Shown here piece by piece: positions 10,815 to 20,264 of a stretch of 64,000 bases of DNA. The translations under genes and the position numbers were made by a program. The DNA is from Thermoproteota archaeon (GTDB lineage: Archaea; Thermoproteota; EX4484-205; JAAOZP01). Position 1 is the first letter of the stretch; each line of letters starts with the position of its first letter. The DNA lies in the NCBI GenBank assembly GCA_038861395.1, contig JAWCDE010000001.1, positions 73,144 through 137,143 on the forward strand. Reading direction: 5' to 3'. The notes under the pieces were generated by a model. It did not search any database. It worked only from the letters and a program-made list of their open reading frames with translations, and was not told the origin of the DNA.

Positions 10815-11527
10815 AGTGCTGCTCTTCCCCTTTCCAACTCCAGTACTCCACTGCCCGTGCCCACGTAAGCCCTACTCACTAGGTCTTTAAAAATACCGTT
10901 CTCCAATACCCCAGGCATGCTTTTAAGGAAACCGTCTAACTGCTCCAAGCTATAATCCTCCGGGAGGGGCACATCTATAATAGCGTTCCCCAAGTCTGTT
11001 ATTACTGGGCCGACTTTTCCGCTTCCAGTCCTAATTCTAACGTTTACGCCGAGAGCTTTCTCAAGCCGCTTCTTAATGAGAATGACAAAGTCAGGAGGCA
11101 CTTCGATGGGAATTAGGGCTCCAGGTTGAATCTTTTCAACAAGCTTCTTCTCGTCAGCTATGAGAATAAGCTCATCAGACACCGAGCTCAGTACTTTCTC
11201 CATGAGGAAGGCTCCTCCTCCACCCTTTATTGCTATCAGCGTCCTCCTCTCTATGAGGTCTGCACTATCTATCGTGACGTCGACATGGTCGATTTGGTTA
11301 AAGCTAAGAATCTTAAGGCCCATCTCTAGAGCTCTGAATTCTATCTGGCGTGAAGAAGGTATGAAGAAAACATTATACATCACATCGGCGGCTTCTTCCA
11401 CGAACAAGGGTAGAAATGAGTCTGCAACAGTGCTCCCTGAGCCGAGGCCAACGATCATTCCTGGCTTAATATGAGTCAGCGCCTTTCTCGATGCTGATTT
11501 TCTAAGGCTGGCAAGGAGGCTATTCAT
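10811..11527 (-). CDS. rpiA: Ribose-5-phosphate isomerase A
   Basis: GLGSGST...IDSADLIE...IKGGGGAFLMEK motifs. 238 aa. Confidence 0.85.
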   Translation of the reverse strand: MNSLLASLRKSASRKALTHIKPGMIVGLGSGSTVADSFLPLFVEEAADVMYNVFFIPSSRQIEFRALEMGLKILSFNQIDHVDVTIDSADLIERRTLIAIKGGGGAFLMEKVLSSVSDELILIADEKKLVEKIQPGALIPIEVPPDFVILIKKRLEKALGVNVRIRTGSGKVGPVITDLGNAIIDVPLPEDYSLEQLDGFLKSMPGVLENGIFKDLVSRAYVGTGSGVLELERGRAAL

Positions 11528-11530
11528 CCT

Positions 11531-11914
11531 TTAAACCAGCCTACTCAAATTGTTTAACATATCTATCGCAGTGCGATAAGCTCTATCCAACTCTTTTTCA
11601 AGCCTTGAGAAGTCTTCGTAAAAGGGTCCTCGAAAAATCGCCCCACCATTATTCGATACGGGAGCTATGGGAATCCCGATGCTTAGGCCATGCTTATTGG
11701 CCAACAGTATGGTTCTCTTAACCATTTCAAGCCTCAGAATCCTTAAGAGGGACTCGAGCCTTTCAAGGCTCTCGCTGGAATTTGATTTAAGAATATTCTT
11801 CTCCACCATACTTATCATATTCCTTATCTCAAGAATTTCGGATACAAGCTTATCCTCCGAGGACTCCTCCTTCACATCCTCGACAAGTGCTTTTTGCATC
11901 ATTCCCCAATGCAT
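11531..11914 (-). CDS. Hypothetical helical protein, co-oriented upstream of rpiA-cdvB
   Basis: A 127-aa ORF with charged, non-repetitive composition and tight spacing to rpiA. I recognise no family. Confidence 0.4.
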   Translation of the reverse strand: MHWGMMQKALVEDVKEESSEDKLVSEILEIRNMISMVEKNILKSNSSESLERLESLLRILRLEMVKRTILLANKHGLSIGIPIAPVSNNGGAIFRGPFYEDFSRLEKELDRAYRTAIDMLNNLSRLV

Positions 11915-12119
11915 CTGCCGACTTATATAGCTTTTTATATGGGTTTCAATACAATCTTCTTTACTAGTTTATTCACAAAAACAGAGGTATCGTTACCAAA
12001 TAAATAAGCATGGTTTTATTAGCATCAAATAAATCGTGCAGAGAGATGAAGCGTGTTGGAAAATCTAACAGGAGTCAAGTTAGAAAAACTTTAAATCGTG
12101 AGGATGTGAAAATTCCACA

Positions 12120-12211
12120 GCCCCAGTAGCTCAGCCTGGTTAGAGCGCCTCCTTGGTAATGCTGAAAAGCGCTGATGGAGGAGGTCGTGGGTTCGAAGCC
12201 CACCTGGGGCT
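12120..12211 (+). tRNA. tRNA-Thr (anticodon GGT) with a ~17-nt intron in the anticodon loop
   Basis: Hand-folded: acceptor GCCCCAG/CTGGGGC, D-arm GCTC-AGCCTGGTTA-GAGC, anticodon stem CCTCC/GGAGG, loop TTGGTAA, intron tgctgaaaagcgctgat, T-arm GTGGG-TTCGAAG-CCCAC, discriminator T. Confidence 0.75.
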
Positions 12212-12261
12212 TGGATTAAGACTTATAATGTGCCTTTGTGTTAGAAAATCGGTGGATCTCT

Positions 12262-13296
12262 ATGAGAAGACCCCTCTTGTACGCTACTGTTGCTACACTG
12301 CTCCTCTTGTCAGCACAGCTCTGCTTTTTGAAAGCACAACAAACAATTACTATTGACGGCGACGTTAGCGATTGGGATGCTCTGGGAATTCAACCAGTGT
12401 ATACTGATCCGGTCGGTGATACTGAGGCATGGTCTAAAGACCCTTCTGTATTAGGAGTGGGTTCGACTGCTGAACCTCCGGATAAGGTTGCTGCTAACGA
12501 CAAGTGTAGAGATCTAAAGGCTCTCTACGTATGGTGTGACGATGAATGGATATATATCAGACTCGATGTTGCGGAGCTCTACGAGGGTTGGAGCATAGTG
12601 AGCACCAAGATTACTGAAGATAATGCGCAAGTCACCTACCCTAACGTGAGCGCTTACCATCTATACTTTGATTTAATACCGGGTGGTCAGAGAGATAGTG
12701 CAGCTGCTTCAGACGTGGATTTTCAAAAAAACGGGTACGAGTGGGAGTTTAACATACAGTTTGACGCAGGCCTCTACGGAGAGAACTACGGTAAGCCATT
12801 TATGCAGTTTCCGGATTGGAGCATAGCTACTATTGAGGACTTCGGCGTTGACTTAGCTAGAAGCGCTTTCGAAATGAGGGTTAGTAAAGCTTTGCTTGAG
12901 GAGAGATTCGGAGAACTTGGGACGGCAAGGGTTTTCGTCGGTTCGATTAAACCAGGTGAGCCGAAGGGTAGCTGGGGCACTTGGGCACATGCCTTCGACC
13001 CCCAGCATCCGGGATGCCCAGGGGAAGCGGCCTGGGGTACCTGCGGCCCGGAAAATGATAGAGGCAGCGACTTCGCCGACGTAATGCCTAACGATTCTCT
13101 CGAGCCTCCTAGCGGCGGATGGTGGGAAGACTGGCTGAGCCATGTTACTACCATGATACCAGTAAACCTGGCTCCAACTGAAAAAGCTGCTCCAACATTG
13201 CCCTGGGCAGGGATTGCAGCAGGAATCATCATCCTAGCAATAATAGTTGTAATAATAGTGGCCTACTACGTGCTTAAGCGTAAGACTAAGACTTAG
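12262..13296 (+). CDS. Secreted/surface protein with N-terminal signal peptide and C-terminal transmembrane anchor
   Basis: The ORF likely starts at MRRPLLYATVATLLLLSAQLCFLKAQQ (signal peptide). It ends with LPWAGIAAGIIILAIIVVIIVAYYVLKRKTKT, a TM helix plus basic tail. Composition between the two is acidic and Trp/Gly-rich. Confidence 0.55.
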   Translation: MRRPLLYATVATLLLLSAQLCFLKAQQTITIDGDVSDWDALGIQPVYTDPVGDTEAWSKDPSVLGVGSTAEPPDKVAANDKCRDLKALYVWCDDEWIYIRLDVAELYEGWSIVSTKITEDNAQVTYPNVSAYHLYFDLIPGGQRDSAAASDVDFQKNGYEWEFNIQFDAGLYGENYGKPFMQFPDWSIATIEDFGVDLARSAFEMRVSKALLEERFGELGTARVFVGSIKPGEPKGSWGTWAHAFDPQHPGCPGEAAWGTCGPENDRGSDFADVMPNDSLEPPSGGWWEDWLSHVTTMIPVNLAPTEKAAPTLPWAGIAAGIIILAIIVVIIVAYYVLKRKTKT

Positions 13297-13326
13297 CCTC
13301 CTAACTCTTTTATTTTTTTCCACAAT
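13297..13326 (+). terminator. Oligo-T tract (ttttatttttttcc) downstream of the surface-protein gene
   Basis: A T-rich run immediately after the stop codon, archaeal intrinsic-terminator-like. Confidence 0.3.
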
Positions 13327-13343
13327 ATTCCTTAGAGAAATCA

Positions 13344-13433
13344 AGCCTCGGGAGGGATTCGAACCCTCGACCTGCAGCTATCTCAGCCTCTTGCTTACGA
13401 GGCTGCCACTCTACCAGGCTGAGTTACCGAGGC
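13344..13433 (-). tRNA. tRNA-Thr (anticodon CGT) with a ~16-nt intron at or near 37/38
   Basis: Reverse complement folds as GCCTCGG-TA-ACTC-AGCCTGGTA-GAGT-G-GCAGC-CTCGTAA-[gcaagaggctgagata]-GCTGC-AGGTC-GAGGG-TTCGAAT-CCCTC-CCGAGGC-T. Confidence 0.72.
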
Positions 13434-13514
13434 TCATCCTAATATCTCTATGGAGAAGCTTAAAATTCTTTCCCTAGCCTTATTTATAGTTTAAAAGTTA
13501 TTTTTTTATTTGAG

Positions 13515-13588
13515 GGCCGCCGCCGAGATTTGAACTCGGACAAGTGGCTCCACAGGCCACCGCGCTGCCTGGTTACGCTACAGCGGCC
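13515..13588 (-). tRNA. tRNA-His (anticodon GTG) with genomically encoded G-1
   Basis: Reverse complement: G(-1)-GCCGCTG...GTGGC-CTGTGGA-GCCAC...CCGAG-TTCAAAT-CTCGG-CGGCGGC-C. The extra 5' G pairs with discriminator C, a hallmark of archaeal tRNA-His. Confidence 0.8.
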
Positions 13589-13694
13589 ACAATCAATCTC
13601 CATTACAACCTTGTTTTAAAACTTTCTTCAAAATGCCTTGAACTCCCCCCGGAGAGGCTAAAGAATTTATATATCCTTTAGAAATAAGAGCCTC

Positions 13695-13782
13695 GGGCCG
13701 GTAGTTCAGTGGTAGAATGTCCGGTTTGCACCCGGAATGAAATGCTCCCGGAGGGTCGTGGGTTCGAGTCCCACCCGGTCCA
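13695..13782 (+). tRNA. tRNA-Ala (anticodon TGC) with a 16-nt intron at canonical 37/38
   Basis: GGGCCGG-TA-GTTC-AGTGGTA-GAAT-G-TCCGG-TTTGCA[cccggaatgaaatgct]C-CCGGA-GGGTC-GTGGG-TTCGAGT-CCCAC-CCGGTCC-A. The intron carries a duplicate of the 3' stem half, which gives bulge-helix-bulge (BHB) potential. Confidence 0.72.
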
Positions 13783-13851
13783 CTCCAATGTTTTATCTCA
13801 AAAATAAAACTAGTTTATTAGACTCTACCAACATTCTAACTGGGTTGGGAA

Positions 13852-14742
13852 GTGAAGACTGACGAGTATCAAAGGTTTCTGCATCCCGGTTTTAAACCAT
13901 TCGACCCTATTAAACTCGCTGAGGAAACCGAGCGAATAGTAACCAGGCTTGGGCCGGAGGGGTTGGAAAGAAAGTATACCGGCTTCTACTCAGTACCTGT
14001 TTACAGGGGTATTGCTACTGGCTATGCTGTTGGCTGCTGTCTCCGCTGCATCTACTGCTGGTCAAACTGGTCGAGGGACTTTCCAGAAAAATTTGGAGAA
14101 TTCTATTCTCCGAAGGAAGCTGCTAGACTACTTTTCAAGGCTGCTGAAGAAGGAGTAACGTACTCTGAGTATTGGAGAAGAGTATTGCCTAAGGTTAGTA
14201 AGCTCCGAGTCTCTGGATGTGAGCCCACAATAGGCATGGAGCATCTTCTTAAGGTTCTTGAACATGTTAAATCTTCAAACTATCCCCTGTTCATCTTGGA
14301 AACGAACGGGATAATTTTGGGTTCGAACATTAACTATGTTAAAAGATTAGTGGAGTTTAAGGATAGGCTTTACGTCAGAGTATCGTTTAAGGCCGCTTCT
14401 CCAGAGGGCTTCACAGTCAGAACAGGTGCTCAAGGAGAATTCTACAAGCTTCCTTTCAAAGCCCTGAAACAGCTTCTGGATGAGGGTATTCATGCTAGGG
14501 CTGCTGCCATGACTGATAAGAGGATAATGTCGCAGGAGGAGAGGAAGATCCTCATCCAGATGCTTGATGAAATAGATCCTCAAGCAAGATATGCTGAGAC
14601 GCTGGAGGAAGAAACCATAGACCCGTATGACAATACTGTAAAGCGCCTCAGGGCCTCGGTGGACAGAGAGTTTGCAGAGAAGCTTGAGAACGAGATAATC
14701 AGTTTTCAGAAAGGCTTTTCAAGGCTTGAAAAAGAAAATTAA
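13852..14742 (+). CDS. Radical SAM domain protein
   Basis: CX3CX2C cluster (GCCLRCIYC) plus the glycine-rich SGCEPTIG segment. 296 aa. GTG start. Confidence 0.6.
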   Translation: MKTDEYQRFLHPGFKPFDPIKLAEETERIVTRLGPEGLERKYTGFYSVPVYRGIATGYAVGCCLRCIYCWSNWSRDFPEKFGEFYSPKEAARLLFKAAEEGVTYSEYWRRVLPKVSKLRVSGCEPTIGMEHLLKVLEHVKSSNYPLFILETNGIILGSNINYVKRLVEFKDRLYVRVSFKAASPEGFTVRTGAQGEFYKLPFKALKQLLDEGIHARAAAMTDKRIMSQEERKILIQMLDEIDPQARYAETLEEETIDPYDNTVKRLRASVDREFAEKLENEIISFQKGFSRLEKEN

Positions 14743-14749
14743 AAAATAA

Positions 14750-16609
14750 TTAGTCTAGTCTAACGCTAGAGATTTCAGAGAGGTCCGTAAGGCTGTTTGC
14801 CTTAACCATCCCGCTGGAGAGAGTGTATAAAACATCGTCGATGTAAAGGCTTCTAATCACTTGGTATTTTGAGTCGAAATAGTAACCGCTCTTATCCAGG
14901 TCTTCAGTGTTCTCAAGGTGCGTTATCCTGCCTCTTAATCCTATGCCTTCTGTAGGAGATATGTTGAAAACATACGCTCCTTGGAAAACATATTCGCCAT
15001 AAGTATAGGGCGGGATATCCCCCGAATACTTCTCTCTGAAAATCCTAGCCTCCAATACGGGTATTACAAGGATGTTTCTCTTCATGTCGAAAAGGAAGGC
15101 ATGGTGATCCCTTAAGACCGGAGAATCCGTTCCTCTGTCACCTATGATCATCTTGCCAACTTCTCTTGGGCTGGTCACGTTTGAAACATCGAACAATGAT
15201 ATTTTCAAACCTTGGTACCATGCGAAATCCCCCTCCTCCGCTTCAACAGTCTCCTTACCCACGCCTATGAGGTAATCATCGTCGTAGGGGTGGAGGTAGT
15301 CAGAGTACCCGGGTATCTTAAGCTTGCCGAGGACCCTTGGCTCAGCAGGATTACTCAGGTCTATTGTGAAAAGCGGGTCAACCTTCTTGAACGTAACGAG
15401 ATAACACCTAGAACCCATGAACCTGGCTGAGTAAATCTGCTCGCCGGGGGCGAGGTCTTCAAGCCTGCCAACTATCTGAAGTGTTTCGGAATCAAGGATG
15501 TAAACATGGTTGGCGCTCGTAGCCTCGCTTAGAAACCTTGCCACGTGCCCCGTGGTAGTTGCTATTCTGAAATAGCCCTCATACTCGTCCATCGAAAACT
15601 GGTTTAAAACCCTGCCTGGAACCTCGCCGCTCGCCTCACACTTTATGTCTAGACCATTAATCCTAATCCTATGTATCTCAGTGGATTCTTTGCCATCCCG
15701 TATCCAGAAATGCTTCGGCATGGCGACGTAAATATTGTCCAAAGAGACGTACATGCAGGACGCGTAACCTGTTAAAACAGACTTATACTCCACTTCCTCT
15801 TCAGAATACAGGTCTACTGCAACTATAGTGGTGTAGCTTTCAGGGACCTCAGTGGCATCGGAATAGAATATTTTATCCGGGGGTATGTCAACAATATTAT
15901 CTCCAACCATTATTTGAGGAGTGGAAACCTTCCAATCTTCGTTAAAAATCCTGATAACGGGACTGGTTGCAACGATGTAAACATGCCTCCCAATCATCCT
16001 CGAACTCAAGTAAGAACCATCTGTGGAAACACGTTTCTTCAAAACAGGATTACTCGTATTTGAAATATCATAAACCTCTAAAACTGTCGCCCATCGATAG
16101 CAAGGATAATCCTCCTCTTCGAAGGCAATAGAATCATATTTTAACACAGCAAGCCTATCATTATTGATAAATAAGCCAATGGGGTTTCCTTTAATCCTAA
16201 TCTCAGAGATCTTCTTCATCTTCTCCGGAGGATAGGCTTCAATTACGAAGATGTTTCCCTCAGAAATCATGTAGATGTATCTGCCATCTGTCTTAACAAT
16301 ATCGGCTTCATCAACGCCAGAGACTTGGATGTTAGTAGTCGAGTATTCAGCTTCAAGCGTACCAATAGCATCCACCCCGGGAGAAAGCCTTGGCAAGAAA
16401 TACGGGCTTTTAACCCAGTAACTCAAACCTCCAAAAAAATCCTTCAAATATCTTTCAATAACCCTGCTTTTGACGAAATTCTCTAGCTCTTCATAAGACG
16501 TAAAGTTTCTTAGTCTATTATTGTTACCGCTTAGGTTTATGACGAAGGTGGCTAAGGAGATAGATATGATCAAAATTAAAGTCATGAAGATCGTAAGTAT
16601 CTTCCTCAT
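14750..16609 (-). CDS. Secreted beta-propeller domain protein (archaeal beta-propeller family)
   Basis: N-terminal TM/signal peptide (ILTIFMTLILIISISLATFV), then the repeated motif typical of that family (SGVDEADIVKTDGRYIYMI...). 619 aa. Confidence 0.55.
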   Translation of the reverse strand: MRKILTIFMTLILIISISLATFVINLSGNNNRLRNFTSYEELENFVKSRVIERYLKDFFGGLSYWVKSPYFLPRLSPGVDAIGTLEAEYSTTNIQVSGVDEADIVKTDGRYIYMISEGNIFVIEAYPPEKMKKISEIRIKGNPIGLFINNDRLAVLKYDSIAFEEEDYPCYRWATVLEVYDISNTSNPVLKKRVSTDGSYLSSRMIGRHVYIVATSPVIRIFNEDWKVSTPQIMVGDNIVDIPPDKIFYSDATEVPESYTTIVAVDLYSEEEVEYKSVLTGYASCMYVSLDNIYVAMPKHFWIRDGKESTEIHRIRINGLDIKCEASGEVPGRVLNQFSMDEYEGYFRIATTTGHVARFLSEATSANHVYILDSETLQIVGRLEDLAPGEQIYSARFMGSRCYLVTFKKVDPLFTIDLSNPAEPRVLGKLKIPGYSDYLHPYDDDYLIGVGKETVEAEEGDFAWYQGLKISLFDVSNVTSPREVGKMIIGDRGTDSPVLRDHHAFLFDMKRNILVIPVLEARIFREKYSGDIPPYTYGEYVFQGAYVFNISPTEGIGLRGRITHLENTEDLDKSGYYFDSKYQVIRSLYIDDVLYTLSSGMVKANSLTDLSEISSVRLD

Positions 16610-17028
16610 TACTTTCTCACCGATTGGAGAATAAAGCGTCTCCTAATTATCCTAGAGTTTAGGACAACTTGTCTATAAATTAGGACAATCGATATAGTGC
16701 TTTTATAGCTAGTTTAAAGCAACCTCAGATTCGAGTTCTTATGCTTAGTACTTAAACTACTCGTAAGTCCCTCTTTTATTTTTCCCTTGATTACCATAAT
16801 AACTATCGTCACTATAATGAATATGGTGGCGAAAATTGTCAACATTATAGTATAGCTCACTAGAATTATGAACGTTGCTTCAGAAACTTTCCTCCATCAC
16901 ACCTTATGCATCAATATCCTTAGAGTAGAACTTTATACCTAGAAACCTCCTTAAACAGAAGACACAAAGAAACTCATATTTCCAGATGAACATTAACCCA
17001 GAGTTTCTAAGTTACAGAGGAATCGAGG

Positions 17029-17367
17029 TTAACGGTAAAATGTTAATCCATATGCTTTCAGCATATCGTAATGTTTAGTGTTTCTTGTCATTAGCTTAAG
17101 CTTTTTCACCACTGCCGTAGCCCCTATTATAAGGTCTCGGTCTTCAACAAGCCTACCAGAAGCCTTCTCCAGAATCTCGTTATCTAACCAAACGACAATG
17201 AAGGATTCCTCAAGGATTTTCCTTACCTCCTTGACGTTCTTCGTCCCTATGATGAACTCATAAATAGTTATTTCAGAGACATGGTGAGAATCCTCGGGGT
17301 ATAGCTCCAGCTCTCCCCTATAGTAATCGATTAGGCAATCAGTATCCACTAGTATTCTCTCGCCCAT
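17029..17367 (-). CDS. vapC: PIN-domain ribonuclease toxin
   Basis: A 112-aa protein with the N-terminal LVDTDCLID acidic PIN motif and a C-terminal IIGATAV segment. Confidence 0.7.
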   Translation of the reverse strand: MGERILVDTDCLIDYYRGELELYPEDSHHVSEITIYEFIIGTKNVKEVRKILEESFIVVWLDNEILEKASGRLVEDRDLIIGATAVVKKLKLMTRNTKHYDMLKAYGLTFYR

Positions 17368-17549
17368 TTTCTAACCCTGGTCTCATCATACTCCATTTCC
17401 AGCAGTTTTTGCATCTTTTTCTTATGTCTGAGCCTCTTCTCGGCCAGGGCTATGTTCGCAAGCTCGTTCAGAAACTCATCCCATGCCTTCTCTCCCTTAA
17501 TGCTCTCTAACCGTTTCTTCGTTTCCTTGCTCACCGGTATGGTGCTCAT
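17349..17549 (-). CDS. vapB: Cognate antitoxin (VapB-like)
   Basis: A 66-aa charged protein directly upstream of vapC, overlapping it by 19 nt. This is the typical toxin-antitoxin operon geometry. Confidence 0.5.
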   Translation of the reverse strand: MSTIPVSKETKKRLESIKGEKAWDEFLNELANIALAEKRLRHKKKMQKLLEMEYDETRVRKWAREY

Positions 17550-18126
17550 AACTAATGAATTATTAATTATATTTTAATAAATTTTTCCTCGGTATGCGGG
17601 TGAAAGCGGAACCGCACGATTTCGATTATTAATATGTTGCTAACGTATGTGTAAAAACTGGTTTCGGCCTATATGGCTCCTCCAAGTACTTGATCTCGAC
17701 GTTTGTCAGCTTCACGCTTAACGCACCCTCAGCTATTTTCCTGTCTTCAGGATTATTCTTAGACAGTAAGGGACTGGTAGCTGAGAAGCTGAAAACATCA
17801 TCGACTTCCACAACGAGGAATTCAAATTCGCCAATGACATTGGGCAGGAGGAAGCCATTGAAACAGACCATGCTTTCGACGGCACCGGCTTCGACATACC
17901 TGAGAGAACTGAGGCCTTCAAAATACTAAACGCGATAACTGCGAAATCCAGGGAGGCTGGGGAGGCCATCGTAGAGTGGCTGAAGCTCACCGTTGAAGAC
18001 GGGAGACTGAAGAAAATCCTGGATTCTGGCTTATTAGGCGAGATAAGCGAGCTGGAGGAGAACAGGCTCAAAGACATAGGGGAGGCATGGAGGCTAAATA
18101 AAAATGCTGGAGACTTCAACAACCTC

Positions 18127-19683
18127 ATGAAAGGAGTTGAAACAGCACTGGAGCTACGTGGAGAAGAACGCGTTGCGAAAATCTTCACACTGCTACACGA
18201 CTTCGTTGAAACCAGGGACAAGGACAAGGTTGCCTTCCTTGAAAAAACACTAGGCTGGATGTCCGAGGTTAGGGAAGCGTTTAAAAAAGGAGATGATAGG
18301 CGCACATGGATAGTTGACAGGGTAGTAGAGCTGGCAGACTCTTCTAAATCCAAGCTGGATGGTGCACAGATGCTACGGGTCTCTACAATACTTGAAAACC
18401 TGCTTGAAACGCGCGGCGGGAGAGACGCCTACAGCATCTTCATCAAATACCTTCATGGCCACCTGCTCGAGTACGCTGGACTAGGTGGAGAAAAGGTTGA
18501 ACCAAGCCTTCTAGAGGAATGCTTAAGCAAGTGGGAAACCGCGTCGAAAACCAAGGATTCACATATTTCGCTACTGAGATCCAGTGTTTCCCAGGGATCC
18601 GTAAGGTATGAGGCGAATACTCCAATGGAGATGAACTACATCAGGGTGGATAAAGGCGGCGAAGAGGCATACATCCCGGTGATAGCGACGAAAATACAAG
18701 ATGAGGAAGGCAAAGAGGCATGCATCGTCCCGGTTCCGAGAGACGCTCAGAAATATCTTAAGGAAATCGGATACCTGCCTAAGGACATTGGCCTAATCCT
18801 GTTCACGGAGACCAAGCCGGAGAACGCTAAGGTCATAATTCCGGTAACCGTCGAAGAAGACGGAAAGATCGCGTTGACAGAATGGCTCAAAAGATTCCTA
18901 CATAAGAACCCTGAGTACAGGGAGAAATACCTTATTGAAACTGAAAGGGGCTATGTGCTGAACTTAAAGCAATTGGAACGCGATTGCATGGTTCTCATAG
19001 TGACAGCTAGGAAAGATGGACAAGTATGTGAAAGGAAAGTCTTATTGAAGTCCTACGAACAGACTCTAGTCAGAACAAGGGTCGAAGAGATAGCAAATCC
19101 TAAAGATACCATTATCTGTGAGTTCAAAATAGAGAGTTGGAAGAAGAGAATACTGAATGTAGAGGAGGCAAAAGATGTTCTCAGAACTCAGTTCTTGATT
19201 AAGGATGAAAAATTAATTAATGATTTAGCAAAGCGCCTTCACGTAGTAATGCATTTGTCTGAGTTAGATTTAGAAAGTACAAACCTTGATGCGGATAGTA
19301 AAGGTAGACTAACGGAGTTCATAGCCTTCCTAACGGCTCCCGATAAGGTTGAGCAATATCAGGTAAGATTTGAAACAAGTTTAGGGGATCTTGTTGCGGA
19401 TTTTGTACTGAAGGTAAAATATATCGTCGAAACTAAGTACAGGTCTGGCGAAATAAAAGAAGAAGATTTAGAAAGTATATTGGAACAACTTGCTAAATAT
19501 AAGGAAGTGATAACTTATGATGAGACAAAGGGGAGGACGCTAATATTATTCTTCTTGGGGCTATCCGATTCGGAGTTTGAAAAATTGAAGGGGGAGATTG
19601 TGAATACGCTTGGAGGATACGAGAGCTGGATGAGGATTGTGAGAAGCATGGAGGAGCTGAAAAGCCTGTTAAAAGGTCTATAG
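18127..19683 (+). CDS. Large hypothetical protein (518 aa from the first ATG; frame open upstream to 17785)
   Basis: Long ORF with non-repetitive composition and no family I recognise. The same frame stays open for 114 codons upstream of the ATG (EAENIIDFHNEEFKFANDIG...) with no ATG/GTG/TTG. Confidence 0.5.
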   Translation: MKGVETALELRGEERVAKIFTLLHDFVETRDKDKVAFLEKTLGWMSEVREAFKKGDDRRTWIVDRVVELADSSKSKLDGAQMLRVSTILENLLETRGGRDAYSIFIKYLHGHLLEYAGLGGEKVEPSLLEECLSKWETASKTKDSHISLLRSSVSQGSVRYEANTPMEMNYIRVDKGGEEAYIPVIATKIQDEEGKEACIVPVPRDAQKYLKEIGYLPKDIGLILFTETKPENAKVIIPVTVEEDGKIALTEWLKRFLHKNPEYREKYLIETERGYVLNLKQLERDCMVLIVTARKDGQVCERKVLLKSYEQTLVRTRVEEIANPKDTIICEFKIESWKKRILNVEEAKDVLRTQFLIKDEKLINDLAKRLHVVMHLSELDLESTNLDADSKGRLTEFIAFLTAPDKVEQYQVRFETSLGDLVADFVLKVKYIVETKYRSGEIKEEDLESILEQLAKYKEVITYDETKGRTLILFFLGLSDSEFEKLKGEIVNTLGGYESWMRIVRSMEELKSLLKGL

Positions 19684-19700
19684 AGATCTGGAAGGTCTTC

Positions 19701-20264
19701 CTATACTGACATGGGGCCCCCATTCGTATATACCTCTACCGGGTTTTTCATTAAGTATTCTAATATGCTGATGATTTCTTCGCTTATCTTTTTCGGCGGT
19801 GCATATTTTTTATCAGTCTTTGCACTCAAGATGTCTTCCTCCTTTGACACTAGGTGTCGCGAGTCGATTCTCATTGATCTCCCGGGCTCATCCATCAGTT
19901 TGAACACGTAGCCTTTATACTTGAAGCCGTAAATACATGAATACTCATCGGTTGTCCCAGCCTCCGAGGGCATGCCGAAACACCACATCAACCTGTATAT
20001 CGCTAATGCTTTACGCTGGTTATAGACCTCCGGCTTAGTCGGGATGAGAACATAGTCATCCTTGCCCTCGCCCCTTGTAGCTATATCACCAAAATCAATA
20101 TTGTCTGTCCATATAAGTAGGACCTGTAAATCCTCCCCCTTCTGCGGCATCTCCTCTTTACCTATCTTTTCAACGACGACTTCCTCGCCATCCAGCTTCA
20201 GCTTCACTAACCCATTTTTACGGTCTCGCTTCAGCAACTCTATCCTATGCTTAGCCTCACTCAT
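19701..20264 (-). CDS. Hypothetical protein
   Basis: A 187-aa ORF convergent with the 518-aa gene. I recognise no motifs. Confidence 0.4.
   Translation of the reverse strand: MSEAKHRIELLKRDRKNGLVKLKLDGEEVVVEKIGKEEMPQKGEDLQVLLIWTDNIDFGDIATRGEGKDDYVLIPTKPEVYNQRKALAIYRLMWCFGMPSEAGTTDEYSCIYGFKYKGYVFKLMDEPGRSMRIDSRHLVSKEEDILSAKTDKKYAPPKKISEEIISILEYLMKNPVEVYTNGGPMSV

Noticed and set aside
12153-12356. 67-aa ORF overlapping the tRNA-Thr gene
   Set aside because: It overlaps a confidently folded tRNA and the signal-peptide region of the downstream gene. It is an artefact.
12786-13232. Minus-strand ORFs (148, 96 and 62 aa) inside the surface-protein gene
   Set aside because: They are antisense to a coding region whose signal peptide and anchor are coherent, and they carry Pro/Gly/Ala-rich junk.
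17733-18353. 206-aa minus-strand ORF, extremely Ser/Leu-rich
   Set aside because: Low-complexity antisense shadow of the 518-aa plus-strand gene. Its composition is not protein-like.
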